Source: Mytilus californianus
Lineage: Eukaryota
Direction of reading: 5' to 3'
Assembly: GCF_021869535.1 (NCBI RefSeq)
Contig: NW_026262674.1
Location: forward strand, 1,612,001 to 1,676,000
Length of the DNA stretch: 64,000 bases
Part shown: in pieces, positions 25,216-38,019 of the stretch
Layout: each line of letters opens with the position of its first letter
Numbering within the stretch: the stretch's first letter is position 1
Made by a program: the position numbers and the translations under genes
The notes under the pieces: model-generated
The model's database searches: none
Seen by the model: the letters and a program-made list of their open reading frames with translations, nothing else
What the model was told of the DNA's origin: nothing

Positions 25216-28009
25216 ACCTATTAGTTTCAGTCGACATACACGCCATCTTGAATTAATTTCTTATTACATATAGATTCTGATTGGTTGCATTATGATGCGG
25301 CTGAGATACAGCAACAGCCATTGGCTTAAATGAGATAAAGAATTACAAACTTTTCACGTCTCAGGATAAGACATCAAATGCCGGAAAATTAACTATGTGT
25401 ATTTCAGTTCCGATCAACTGTTATTAATTAATTCATGCTTGTTTTTATTATGCATATATTTTACAGATAAATTCAATATTAAAATATCAATTTATTAATA
25501 CGTGTTTATTTGCTTATTTAATCTGCAATATGCACGATTTGCTTTGCTCAATAATGTTCCTATACAATATTTACAAAAATACATTATCTGTATTTTATAA
25601 CTTCTGACAATCTAGGCACACTCTTAAAGTAAATCCATTTTATATCAATCAATATCTAAAAATACCACATTTCCAATATTAAATCAACAACCACATGCAC
25701 ACATATTACCTTAAATTAGGATAGAGCGAGGCAGTCCATAGCTTTTTAGAAAGCTCAAACTTGTGTTATGTTATCTTTGCTGTGACACACTGTTATAGTA
25801 GTCTCAGTTTAAAATCATTCTTATTGAAGACGTGATATATTTGCCTGAATTTATACTTGTTTATTTACACAATGCCTTCAAATACATATAAAGTTTATTT
25901 TTATTCAATTTGCCACAAAACGTTTTTAGTTTAGTTTGAATGAAAATAAAGAACAGAGAATAAAACACTGTTGAAGAGAAAATACATATCCGTGTTAAAT
26001 TCGCCTCAGTTTGTTAATTCAATTTTGACATCTAACTTCTTAATCCGCAATCCACATTTACCCGACAACCTTTCTTGATGGAATACCCTCATGTACATGC
26101 ATGTGACCATCAGAAACTGAGACAAATATGATATCTGTAAAATTCTGAAAAATGTCGTAAAAATATCGTAGAAAAATATCAAAATCACGTTTTATGGCGC
26201 TAAAAATATTTTCCAAACATTTTCCATAACAGGTCCAGGATATTTTTAAAACATCATTGAAACGTTACTGAATTTTGTCAACAATGTTTGTAAAAAGTTT
26301 AATAATAATAATACATTTAGGAATATGTTCAAAGGCTTTTGATGTGTTCTGATTTGACATACATTTCAGCCGACTATAAAGACTAACAAAAATATTCCTT
26401 TACAATATATTTGACAGGTCTCTGCAGATTAAAGGAAATGATGCTTTACACCTCTTTATAAAGTTCTCCTTTTGAATTGGTTTACATACCAGGCAAATGT
26501 AGATGTACCTTACACTTTATAACCCCTATAAAATTATTTGATTAATGATGCTTTGCTACCTAGACAAAGAAACACATTTGCGGATAAATTTACATCATAG
26601 AAAAATACATGACAAAGATTTCCATTTGCAGAGGTATACAAAAGCATAAGTTTGCAAAAGTTTTGAGATGGTCATAAATATATGCAAATTCTAAACTTTA
26701 AAATGGTTTGATTAGGTGTTAATATATTTTATAAACCGCGGTCTCTCATAACCGCCCATAGGAGAGTATAGCACAAGAAATGTTGATATTTACTACATGT
26801 AAAGACAAGATAAACTAAATGTAGCGGTTTGTAAATATATTTAAATGTCGGTCTCTGAATACATTTACATTACATTTGCATACCTCTTCAAATCCGGGAT
26901 TCCGTGTAGTGGTTTGAAGGGTTGTATAATTCCGACAAATTGTGTGTCAAGGAAAATACAATTCAATTCAAATAAATCAAGGGTAAAATGTTTGGATTTA
27001 CTTACAGTATATATTTGTATTGGGGTTGAATCAAGATAAGGAAAATTTATAATGACAGATGATATGCACCATGAAATTTTAGCAGCATGTGATTAAAATT
27101 GTGTACATCTAAAATTTTGTATTAATTTATTTATTCAATCTCATTAAAACAGAACATCGGATTTTAATGAGATTGTTTATTTATTGAAAACCGTATACTT
27201 CCGTCCCATTTTTCCTTCCTACATTACTTACGACAATACAGCATTTTAAGGTGAATTAAGGGTAAATTAATTGTTAAATCGATGTCTACCACTTTAGGTT
27301 ATTCATGGTAAAAATACATCACAAAAAAACAGAGACAGAATCATCCAGCAATATATTATATAAAAACCGAATTAATCGATGTCAAAATTTCAGAAAACAC
27401 TCTTTGGCGTCCCATTTTTGGTGTAACGTCGTGTTGTAGGAACATCGTACGCAACCTTATGGCTTTTTTTTAAACTCCCTGTTAGATAAAGCTAAAAAAA
27501 ACAATAAATCTGTAGCTTGCCTAAATTATATCGTAAATAACTGCTAATAAAAATGTGCTCAATTCTTTTAATTCTCAAACACATAATTTGGCACTTTTAA
27601 TTTATATGTTTTTCTCGTAAGCGACATTTCGTAACTAAGGAGCCGCCATGTTGACTTGCTGAAATCAGTAAATATGCGAATAATGCAAAAGAATAGAAAA
27701 TAAAACAACACCTACCTCAAAAATGCATTTTAATGTAATATTACACGAATTTCGATGGTTCAAGTAACGGAAAAACCTTCAGCTTTAGCATTTTCATTTG
27801 TATGTTTTGAAATGACTTCAATGCGCCAAAAGCATAAATGGACTTTCGCGGAATTTTAATTTATTTTAATTTTGTATATCTTCAAGCTTTGGTGCATTAA
27901 TTCTTTTTGTCATACATCCGAAAAAGAATAAAAGTTCTGTAGTCATTTTTTTAATTGCAATTTTCAAAACAATAAAATCGGCATAGCGTTTGCAAATAGG
28001 TTCCGTTGT

Positions 28010-28490
28010 TGGCATAATACGGGTTATGTTCTTCTCATATATTTTATGATGGTATGATACTAAATCCCTAATGGGAGGGATTGTACTTGATTTTCATATG
28101 ATGAAGTTATAATCTTTCAATCAGTTTGATTGAGGTCTGGAGCTGGCATGTCAGTAACTGCTAGTAGTCCTTTGTTCATTTATGTATCATTGTCATTTTG
28201 CTTAGTTTCTTTTGTTACCTATTCTGACATCGGACTCGGACTTCTTTTAAACTGAGTTTTACTGTGCGTATAACTATGTGGTTTTTTTTTCTACATTGAC
28301 TAGAGGTATAGGGGGAGGGTTGAGATCTCACAAAACATGTTTATCCCCGCCGCATTTATGCGCCTGTCCCAAGTCAGGAGCCTCTGGCCTTTGGTAGTCT
28401 TGTATGTTTTTTTAATTCTAGTTCATTTATATGTTTTGGAGTTAAGTGTGACGCCCATTTTCACTGAACCAGCACACAATTTTATTTAGG
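28010..28490 (+). mobile_element. Penelope-like 3' region fragment, second subfamily
   Basis: GGGGGAGGGTTG..ACATGTTTA.CCCCGCC..GCCTGTCCCAAGTCAGGAGCCT matches the reverse complement of 45470-45570. Confidence 0.6.
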
Positions 28491-29059
28491 GGTTAGGTTA
28501 GGTATAGATATATCGAGAATTTTATCACGGTGTTATTTACAAAGCGAAAGAAGCACGTCATATTAGAATGGTGCATTGACAAAAAAGGCCCGCCATTATG
28601 AATCTGGCTTGGTTAAGGGGAAACAACTCCTGTAATTATTTTTGGTGCATTTTTCCGGGAAATTCACCTGAACGTTCGAAGACATATTTTGTGTGGGTTT
28701 GTTTTTGTTTTTTTTTTTGCTAAAAATGTACTGATATTTTGTCATGGATGGACACCCCGTATCCTTTGTATTTCTATAATACTTTTACACAAGGACAAAA
28801 TTCCAAAGCTTGTCATGATCGCTCTGTGCTTCAGGCTTACAAGTGTAGAATGCGATAGATGGTTTTAGTACACAAAATCCCGTCTGAATTTCAGCTATAG
28901 TGTATATTTGAAAGAAATACAACCGAACATTAAGATGAAAATAAGTATATTTGTTCCAGATAAGAAACCGCACAACCCGTATCAATCTACATGTATTCGT
29001 TTCAGGACGAAAATTAGAAGAACAAGAATTATGAGAATAATTCATGGCCCCTACCAGTT

Positions 29060-29555
29060 AAAAATTCATTGTATTGGAATAAAATTCTAACTTGATCTAT
29101 AACTTGTCATGGTGTGAACTATATATTACAAATATCAAGTCAATATCTTCAAGCATGACGAAAAAAGGTGTTGAAAACTGAATATCTAAGTCCAATGACT
29201 ATAACCCTGCACAAAATCATCAGACCGGAACAAAATTCCAACTTGATCTGTAACTTGTCATTATAAAACCATATAACAATTATCTTCCGGAATGACAACA
29301 AAAAGTGCCGAAAGCTGAGTGAATTTTCTAATTCAAAGGACCATAACTCTGCACAAAAACATCAGCACCGGAAAAAAAATCGAACTTTATCTGTAACTTG
29401 TTATGATAACCTAATACACCAAATATCAAATCAATATCTTCTCAAGCATGAAGAAAAAAAGTGTGATAAACTGATTTACCGGACTGAAGGATGGACATGC
29501 AGACAGACAGATGGAATGCAAACCTAAAGCCCCCTTATTGACAGAGTCGTAACTA
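29060..29555 (-). mobile_element. HINE-like element
   Basis: Repeated AACTTGATCT.TAACTTGT units, GACA/GATG microsatellite near 29490-29520. Confidence 0.6.
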
Positions 29556-30385
29556 ATAAATTTAATTTGTAAATATTTTGTATTGATGAAAGAATCATAA
29601 CAGATATATATTTATATAGTAGAACCAAAAGTTGTACTGACTAACAGATGGTTTTAATGATAGATAGTTTATTTCTCATAAAAATGTAAAACCATGCAGT
29701 ACAAAGGTTTCAGAAAAGATAAACACATGCATACAAAATACTGACTAACAGACCACACTTGGTATATACGTTGTTGCTCAGTCTTTAGTTTTTGTCTTCT
29801 GCATGTTTGTCTCCTGTTGTTTGTCTGGTTTTTCTTTATCCATGGCGTTGTCAGTTTATATTCGACCTATAAGTTTGAAAGTCCCTGTAGTATCTTTCGC
29901 CTCTCTTTTAAGAATTTGACACTGACCGATCAATGAATTTGACTCCACTTTTTATGTACCATTTTGATAAAAGAGCTTTTCACGTTTCAATGGTTTTAAT
30001 GATAGATAGTTTATTTCTCATAAAACATATAGACCATGCAATACAAAGGTTTCGGAGAAGATAAACACATGCATACAAAATATAAAAACATAAATAAAAA
30101 TAGTTAAATAAATACGTACATGTATTAATATGACTAGTACCACAAAATTCTTCAAACAATTTATCAAAGAAAACAACCCATCCAAAATGTTATTTATCAC
30201 AATGTCTTTTAAAAATCTATAAAACGTATCTGTAATTATCTTCAAAATGTTTAATAATGAACAGTCTATTTCTAAATATATTCATATACTTTACAGTCCT
30301 ACATATATAGCTTATAATCATTTCCACTAAGAAAACTCCTATATTATAATAGTGATAACGCATAACTATGGCATTGCTAACAGTG

Positions 30386-30715
30386 AGAGCCGTGGTGTAG
30401 TGGTTAGCGCATCGGACTTCTAACACAGAGGTTTCTGGTTCGATTACGGGGAGAACATTTCAGGGACTAAATTTTCGGCTCTTCCGTGACACCATTTGCG
30501 AGCATGGTCTTGATTAACGATGATAGTCCGTCGGAAGGGGACGATAAATGGCTGACCCGTGTGTTAAGAGAGCCATATCTCTTGCACGTAAAATACATCT
30601 TTGTAGATTTCGAAAAAGAGCAGGCTAATGCCGCTACAAGGCAGCACTCGCACCCGCAAAGTGGAAAAGGATTGATATATGTTGTAATAACTTGTTTCCA
30701 AATTCACTATGAATA
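30386..30715 (+). mobile_element. tRNA-derived SINE (Arg-TCT-like head, conserved central domain of Meta/Deu type)
   Basis: A box TGGTGTAGTGG, GCATCGGACTTCTAA anticodon arm, B box GGTTCGATTAC (30437); continues into GTCCGTCGGAAGGGGACGATAAATGG..CCCGTGT..TGCACGTAAAA with no tRNA acceptor closure. Confidence 0.75.
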
Positions 30716-30846
30716 TGTTTAAATTAGTCCCACTGACGCTCAGAGCTAAATGAGTATTCCCTTATTTGTTAGCAATATTTTTCAAACGTATATCAAAAAC
30801 GTAAGGCAATACAAATAGTTAATTTGTTTAGAGTTTCATCCTTTAA

Positions 30847-31779
30847 AAAATTAAACATTGCATTGTATAAAGCATTGATTGTAGTTGATTCAACTATAAT
30901 CATGGATAAAGGAAGATAACTCTAATTTTAAAAATAAATTGATATTTAGAAGAAAATAAAAATTTTGCTATTTTTCAATTCATAAAGGGGCATAACTCTA
31001 GAACAATAAAAGTGATGCCACCAAAATTCAAACTTGATCTGTGTTTTACTAAAAATTTGCATTTTTTCCTTTTATAAAGGGCATAACTCGAGAATGGTTA
31101 AAGTGACTCCACCAAAGTTCAAACTTGATCTTTATTTTGTGGTAATAAGCATTGTGTATATGTTTCATAAAATTTGGTTGAGTCAAACTTAAGTTAGAGA
31201 ACGGAAACTAAAAATTTTGCAATTTTTCCATTTATGAAGGGCCATTACTCAAAAACGCTTAAAGTGACGCTACCAAAATTCAAACTTGATCTGTATTTGG
31301 TGGTAATAAGCATTGTGTATAAGTTTCATAACATTTGGTTGAAGCAAACTTAAGTAAGAGAACGGAAAATAAAATTTTTGTAATTTTTCCATTTATATAA
31401 AGGAGCATAACTCTCGAACGGTTAAAGTGACGCTACCAAAATTCAAACTTGATCTGTATTTGGTGGTGATTAGCATTGTGTATAAGTTTCATAACATTTG
31501 GTTGAGGCAAACTTAAGTTAGAGAACGGAAACTAAAAATTTTGCAGTTTTTCCATTTATAAAGGGGCATAACTCTAGAACGGTTAGAGTGAAGCCACCAA
31601 AATTCAAGCTTGATCTGTGTTTTGTTGTAATTAGCATTGTGAATATGTTTCATAACATTTGGTTGAGGTAAACTCAAGTTAGAGAACGGAAACCAATTTT
31701 GGGACGTACGGACGTACGTACGTACAGACGGACAAGGGTAAAACTTATTGCCCCCTCCGCTACGGCGGAGGCATAAAAA
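30847..31779 (-). mobile_element. HINE-like element with ~4.5 units of ~162 bp, inserted in the ZF-B 3' UTR
   Basis: Same head and tail as 21905; flanks rejoin to match the uninterrupted ZF-A 3' UTR (CCTATATTTCTAAGGGATGAAACTCTAAAC). Confidence 0.85.
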
Positions 31780-31816
31780 TAGGTGGAGTGTCAGCTATAG
31801 GAATTCCTTATTTCGC

Positions 31817-33775
31817 TTACTTTGATTTAAGTAATTTGGCCTTTTCTGCATTATGTTTTGTCACATGTGTAGTATAAGAAATTGAAAGGCTAAATGTTAG
31901 ACCACATATCTCGCACAAATATGGTCTCTCACCAGAATGTGTTCTCATGTGCACTTTTAAGTTTGATATCCGAATAAAATCTTTATCACACATATCACAT
32001 TTATAGGGTCTTCCACCACGTTCATCATGTCTAAAATGCCTTTGTTTGTGTCTTTGCACGTCTTTTTTACAAGTAAAACCTCTACCACAAATATCACATG
32101 CAAACGGTTTATCGCCAGTATGTATTCTCATGTGAGTTGGTAAGTATTCCTTCCTACTGAAAGCCTGATCACACACCCCACATTGATAAGGTTTATCACC
32201 AGAATGTGTTCTCATGTGTCTGTTTAACTCTGAACTTTGACTAAATTCCTTTTCACATACATCACATTTACAAACTTTACTCGGTTTTTCACCCGTATGT
32301 GCTCTCCTGTGTCTCCGCATGTGATGGGACTGACTAAATGTCTTATCACATATATCACATGTGAATGGTTCAGCACCAGTATGTGTATTCATATGTCTCC
32401 GTAAGTGATGATGCCGACTATACTTATTATCACATATATCACATTGATATGGTTTAGCACCAGTATGTGTCCTCATGTGCATATCTAGGTGTTCCTTCCT
32501 ACCGAAATCTACGTTACACACTCCACATTTGTAAGGTTTGTAGCCTTTCTGTTTTATAATACGAGTCTTTAAGACCCGAGTCTGACGACATTCTTTATTA
32601 CATGACTTACACGCCTTTCCTTGGCACTGTTTACCACATGTTCTAGTTTTGCACTCATTACCACAAACATTACCATGACATTCTTTACCACAAACATTAC
32701 CATGACATTCTTTACCACAATCATTACCCTGGTACTCTTTATCACATTCACTACCAACATCAACCTTCTCTTTAGTCTGATATGCCTCGTCCATCAGTTG
32801 GTCTGAACTGGTCTGATCAAGAGGAATGAATGTTATTTTATCTTTCTTTTCAGTATCAGAAACCATATTTGTTTCTGTCTTGTCCTGTCCACCCTGGAAC
32901 ATCTCTAGATTGTCTGAAGGTTGTTCAGGGGAGATTTCAGTAACAGAAACCATATGTGTTTCTGTCTTGTCCTGTCCGTCGTGTAACATCTCTAAAATGT
33001 CTGTAGGTTGGTCAGGGGAGATAACTGTTAAAATCTCTTTATTTTCCGTATCTGAAAATCCATCTGTTCCTGTCCTCTCCTGTCCACCATGACCATTGTG
33101 TAACATGTGATGAGACTGGCTAAATGCCTTATTACTTATATCACATGTGAATGGTTCAGCACCAGTATGTGTATTCATATGTCTCCGTAAGTGATGATGC
33201 CGGCTATACTTATTATCACATATATCACATTGATATGGATTAACACCAGTATGTGTCCTCATGTGCATTTCTAGGTGTTCCTTCCTACCGAAATCTACTT
33301 TACACACTCCACATTTGTAAGGTTTGTAGCCTTTTTGTTTTATAATACGAGTCTTTAAGACCCGAGTCTGACGACATTCTTTATTACATGACTTACACGC
33401 CTTTCCTTGGCACTGTTTACCACATATTCTTGTTTTGCACTCATTACCACAAACATTACTATGACATTCTTTACCAGAAACATGACCATGACATTCTTTA
33501 CCACAATCATTACCCTGGTACTCTTTATCACATCCATTACCAACATCAACCTTCTCTTTAGTCTGATATGCCTCGTCCATCAGTTGGTCTGAACTGGTCT
33601 GATCAAGAGGAATGAATGTTAGTTTATCTTTCTTTTCAGTATCAGAAACCATATTTGTTTCTGTCTTGTCCTGTCCGCCCTGGAACATCTCTTGATTGTC
33701 TGAAGGTTGTTCAGGGGAGATTTCAGTAACAGAAACCATATGTGTTTCTGTCTTGTCCTGTCCGCCGTGTAACAT
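31817..33775 (-). CDS. ZF-B: inverted paralog of ZF-A with a ~790-bp internal tandem duplication; 2 + 8 intact fingers
   Basis: 652-aa ORF; last 8 fingers align one-to-one with ZF-A; ancestral ATG at 33899 is put out of frame by a 50-bp deletion, so the start is uncertain; acceptor at 34051-34052 homologous to ZF-A. Confidence 0.8.
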   Translation of the reverse strand: MLHGGQDKTETHMVSVTEISPEQPSDNQEMFQGGQDKTETNMVSDTEKKDKLTFIPLDQTSSDQLMDEAYQTKEKVDVGNGCDKEYQGNDCGKECHGHVSGKECHSNVCGNECKTRICGKQCQGKACKSCNKECRQTRVLKTRIIKQKGYKPYKCGVCKVDFGRKEHLEMHMRTHTGVNPYQCDICDNKYSRHHHLRRHMNTHTGAEPFTCDISNKAFSQSHHMLHNGHGGQERTGTDGFSDTENKEILTVISPDQPTDILEMLHDGQDKTETHMVSVTEISPEQPSDNLEMFQGGQDKTETNMVSDTEKKDKITFIPLDQTSSDQLMDEAYQTKEKVDVGSECDKEYQGNDCGKECHGNVCGKECHGNVCGNECKTRTCGKQCQGKACKSCNKECRQTRVLKTRIIKQKGYKPYKCGVCNVDFGRKEHLDMHMRTHTGAKPYQCDICDNKYSRHHHLRRHMNTHTGAEPFTCDICDKTFSQSHHMRRHRRAHTGEKPSKVCKCDVCEKEFSQSSELNRHMRTHSGDKPYQCGVCDQAFSRKEYLPTHMRIHTGDKPFACDICGRGFTCKKDVQRHKQRHFRHDERGGRPYKCDMCDKDFIRISNLKVHMRTHSGERPYLCEICGLTFSLSISYTTHVTKHNAEKAKLLKSK

Positions 33776-34886
33776 CTCTAAATTGTCTGTAAGTTGTTCA
33801 GGATCTGTCTTGTCCTGTCCGCAGTAAGAAATCTCTGAAATGTCTGTAGGTTGGTCAGGGGAGATAACTGTTAAAATCTCTTTATTTTCCGTATAACATC
33901 TCTAAATTGTCTAGTCTGATTAGAATAACAGAGATTGTAGTAATGCCTGCTATATTTCTATGATCATGATGATTAAACCTTTTATTAATGCTATGCTGTT
34001 TATAATGCACCTTCTTGTCCACTCTTTAAAACGTAATTCGGCCAGATGATCTAAAAATGATAAAATTTAACTATTACTCAGTGAATATAGTAACATTGAG
34101 CTACATATTAATAAGAATTAATGTTTTATCAACAATGTGAACTCTTATAATTATATAAGGGAGAAGGGGGTTATGTTTTTATCCTAAAATGTATCCTGAA
34201 CCCTAAATTTAGAAAATAACAAGAGCCTGTAAGAGTCACAGCATACCGGAATTTCCAGCAGAGGTAGAACCCTGAACAATTGAGCTAGTATAGACACACC
34301 ATTTAAGCTTAAAACAGCTCTGAATTTGGTGTGCGGTGGACTGGTGGTTGAATATTTGACACAGCATAGGTTTGTGACACAACATGAATGTGGTTAAAGA
34401 ACTGACAAAATTGCAATTGGACATTTATCTATTATGGTCCAATATCCAAAATCTAAGTCTACTGTTAGAATTAGTATACAAGAGAATACCTTCAATAGCC
34501 AGGAGTTATACTTTTATATGAATTTGAGTAATTTCCCTTTGAACGGAAATAGTGAAAATAAGTTTTGTTATATTCATTTGAGTTATTTCACTTTGAACAC
34601 TTACAGTAATGATGGAGAAATTAATAAGTATTTCATAACAGTTGATTTCTTTGATGCGAAATTTGAAAAATTGAATTTGACATTCATTTATTCAAAGAAA
34701 ACAACATATCTCAATTTGAAAAAAAATGTCAAAGCGTTTTCATGTTAATCAAAGGGCTGTTTGTCAGCCACTCGCCCACCTAACCGCCAGCCTTACATCC
34801 CCAATTCAATAACCAATTTTCTTTTGAAAATCCGGTTAACCATATTGAGGTCATTCAGAATCCAGATTTGTCCCATACCCGGCTTA

Positions 34887-36247
34887 GGCCAGGGTTTTTT
34901 TTTAATTTGTTGGTTTACGGATCCGCTGACACTAGTTTTGCCGATTTGCAGAATAAAAATAAAATTGATATTTTATGCTTTTTTATTCCTGCCGACCCTA
35001 ACAAAAACATTATCCCTGAAATATAAATAAAAATAATTTTTTTTAAGGAATGAAATGCATTAAACACTAACAGAATTGATAACACGTTGTGTTGTGAAAA
35101 AAAAAAAAAATCAAAAATAATCCGTATATCTACGTATCTAAAAATAGATAAATCGGTCATAACTGACCTTGAAATGTTGTTTGCGCAAATAATTTTGTGG
35201 AGCGAAAGCTGTGTTTAAAACCCTTTACAATAAGTCCGTTTCTCTTTTTTGTCATAATTCCGCAAGATGTATCATCTTGACTGTCCCTCTGGTATCTTTC
35301 GCCCCTCTTTTTATAGATGAAATCGACTCTGTTCAAACGTGGATTCGTCAAGATAAAGTTAATAGATATCACAAACAATTTGGAATTTTCTTGTTTCATA
35401 GATGATAAAAAAATTCGTCCATTTGGATATCAAAAACGGGAATGCATGACAACTGATGAATCCGATATACTCGTCTTTCCAGTGGACAAGTCTATTACGT
35501 TTTTGACACAAATGGTAACCTTGGTACGTAAAGCTTATAATATTTCGTACAGCATGTTTTCAATTTTTTACTTATTATTTTTCTTGCTTGAAGATCAGTA
35601 TTCACCAAGTTTCCTGAAATTGATAGAAAGCTAACATGGCTATGCGGATCTGGTTTTTTTTTCTAGTTCGTGAAATGACTATTTAATTTCGTCTTTGTCC
35701 CTGGACATAAGCCCCCTTTTTGGAAACTGTATGACGATAGCATGCATTTTATGATTAAAACAGTTGAGCAATAATATTACATGGAACTAGGATTTAAGAA
35801 ATGATGACAATAAAAAAAAAAATAGCATACCAAACATATTGTTAGGAAGGTGAAACCTACGATAGCAGAGGGGCATTATGTTTTCTGGTCTGTGGGTCCG
35901 TTCGTCCGTTCGTTCGTCCGTCCGTCTGTCCCGCTTCAGGTTTAAGTTTTTGGTCAAGGTAGTTTTTGATGAAGTTAAAGTCCAACAAACTTGAAACTTA
36001 GTACACATGTTCCTTATGATATGATCTTTCTAATTTAATTGCCAAATTAGATTTTAGGCTCGAATTTCATGGTCCACTGATCATAGAAAATAATATAGTG
36101 AGAATGGGGCATCCGTGTACTGTGGACACATTCTTGTTTTTACATATTTTTCGGTCTTTTTTATTCGACCGACCAAATCCTTCGACCAACCGACCCGACT
36201 TTTAGAGTGAAAAATCCGTAATTCAACAAATCAAAAAAACCCTGGCC
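34887..36247. mobile_element. PIF/Harbinger-type non-autonomous element with nested HINE (~35850-36140)
   Basis: TIR GGCCAGGGTTTTTTT / AAAAAAACCCTGGCC with TTA TSD on both sides. Confidence 0.75.
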
Positions 36248-36569
36248 TTATAGTGTTTAATTTTGAAAAATATAATTTGATTGATAGTGTAAAAAACTAC
36301 AAAAAAATGTTTGCGCTTTGCCGAAAAAAAAATGTCTTAAACTCAGACAAAAACCCATACCCCCACCCCCTTTTGAAATTGAATGGTTGCTCCAATATAA
36401 AATTACTAGAAAAAACAGATACAATGGAAACATGCAAGAAAAACAATATATTACATGACGAACATCCACAGGCACTGAAAAAATCATACCTTTAATTAAT
36501 ACAATCATGACAATACATCTGTTTAACATGTTTAAGTATACAGGTATTTTTTTTCAGAGACCCCTTTAA

Positions 36570-36930
36570 ATACCTGTGCGAACATTATATGCATTTTGAT
36601 TTTGTTTATTTCAAATATGCATTGTACATAGAGTTTACAGTAATGTTATTAATGTTAAAAATACTTTCCATACATTTAACATTCTAACAAAGAAATAGGA
36701 ACTATTGAGAATTTGATTAAAAATACACAATATTATTATAATTCGAGGTTCAGCGAATATAGAAATTGATATATCAAAATGCAACAAATATAAAAACTTA
36801 CCTTTTGTTAGACTAGTTAAGATAAACGCTCTTAATTTCGATGTCATGCAGATCAAAACAAAGTTCACAGGGAGGTAATTCTAAAGATAATATACCTATG
36901 GAACGCACGACTGCAAACATTGAAATGCAT
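36570..36930 (-). promoter_or_regulatory. Shared upstream module copy 3, with candidate donor at 36801
   Basis: Reverse complement CGTGCGTTCCATAGGTAT...ACTAGTCTAACAAAAG/GTAAGTTTT; co-oriented with ZF-B. Confidence 0.5.
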
Positions 36931-37760
36931 AATAGTGAATTTTGTGGAACCTTTTTAAAAAGTTCTTTATCCGTAGGTCAATGTACCTATAATTTATTGG
37001 AATTAAAAAGAACCCTTTAAATACACACATATATATATATAATTATATATAAAACAACAAATAAGGGAGCAACCATTTAACTTCGAGGGGGGGTCAATTT
37101 ATGTTTTTTTTGTCGGAGTCGGATCATCAAATTGAGTGGGCTGATTTAAGATTGAACAGGAAAAGATAACAAAAGAACCGAAACAATTTATGCCAAAAGC
37201 CATACAGCAAGTGTCCTCTTCATAGCAAATAAAATATTGGATGGTTATGATAGCTATGTCAGGAAAAAAATCCAAGTCCAATACCTATGTATTTTCTTTA
37301 AATAATCAATATCTGGTGACCTTCACCTGTCTAAAAACAATTTCATTGGTTGGCTAATCTAAATCAAGTATTAAACTTTTCAAAATCTTATAATTTTTCC
37401 ATTTTGGACATTTTGGACATTTTCCATCAAAAGTGTTTTATCAAAGAGAGATAACTCAAGTTTATTTTTGTTGCTCACATGTAATGAAATGGCACTTTTA
37501 TTCCATAGTCTGTTTCTTGAAATTAGTTTCTGAAAATAAATGAATATATAAAATCAACTATGAATGGTAGGTTACAATTATAGTTAATAGTTTTGTATAT
37601 TATAAATTAAAAAAAAAATCAAAATCTTTTATTATTTCACAATTACAAGAACTGATTTTTTTTTATCTAATTTGGTTAGATTAAATAGGTTCAACCCTAA
37701 TTCTGTGCAATTTTGTTATTCATTGTACTTAAAATTTTTAATTTAGAAGTAAGTTTTGAT

Positions 37761-38019
37761 TTGATTTGATTTTTGGTGTTGTAACGCCGCTTTTAAGCAC
37801 CGCTTTTGTGCTATTTCGTGGCGACCAGTTTTTATTGGTGGAGGAAGCCGGAGTGCACGGAGAAAACCACCGACCTTCGATAGGAAAACCGACAATCCTA
37901 GTCAATTAAGATTGGAGCCGAGTGCACCCGCACGAGCGGGGTTCGAACTCACAACCTCAGTGTTGACTGGCTAGTGATTACAGTAGTAACTACTTAAAAC
38001 ACTCGGACACCGAGGCCCC
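37761..38019 (-). mobile_element. tRNA-derived V-domain SINE
   Basis: Reverse complement GGGGCCTCGGTGTCCGAGTG..GTTCGAACCCC, V-like core GGTTTTCTCCGTGCACTCCGGCTTCCTCCACC, (TCAAA)n tail; 15-bp TSD GAAGTAAGTTTTGAT at 37746-37760 and 38020-38034. Confidence 0.88.

Noticed and set aside
30386-30460. Possible tRNA-Arg(TCT) gene
   Set aside because: The T-arm and acceptor stem do not close, and the sequence continues into a SINE body.
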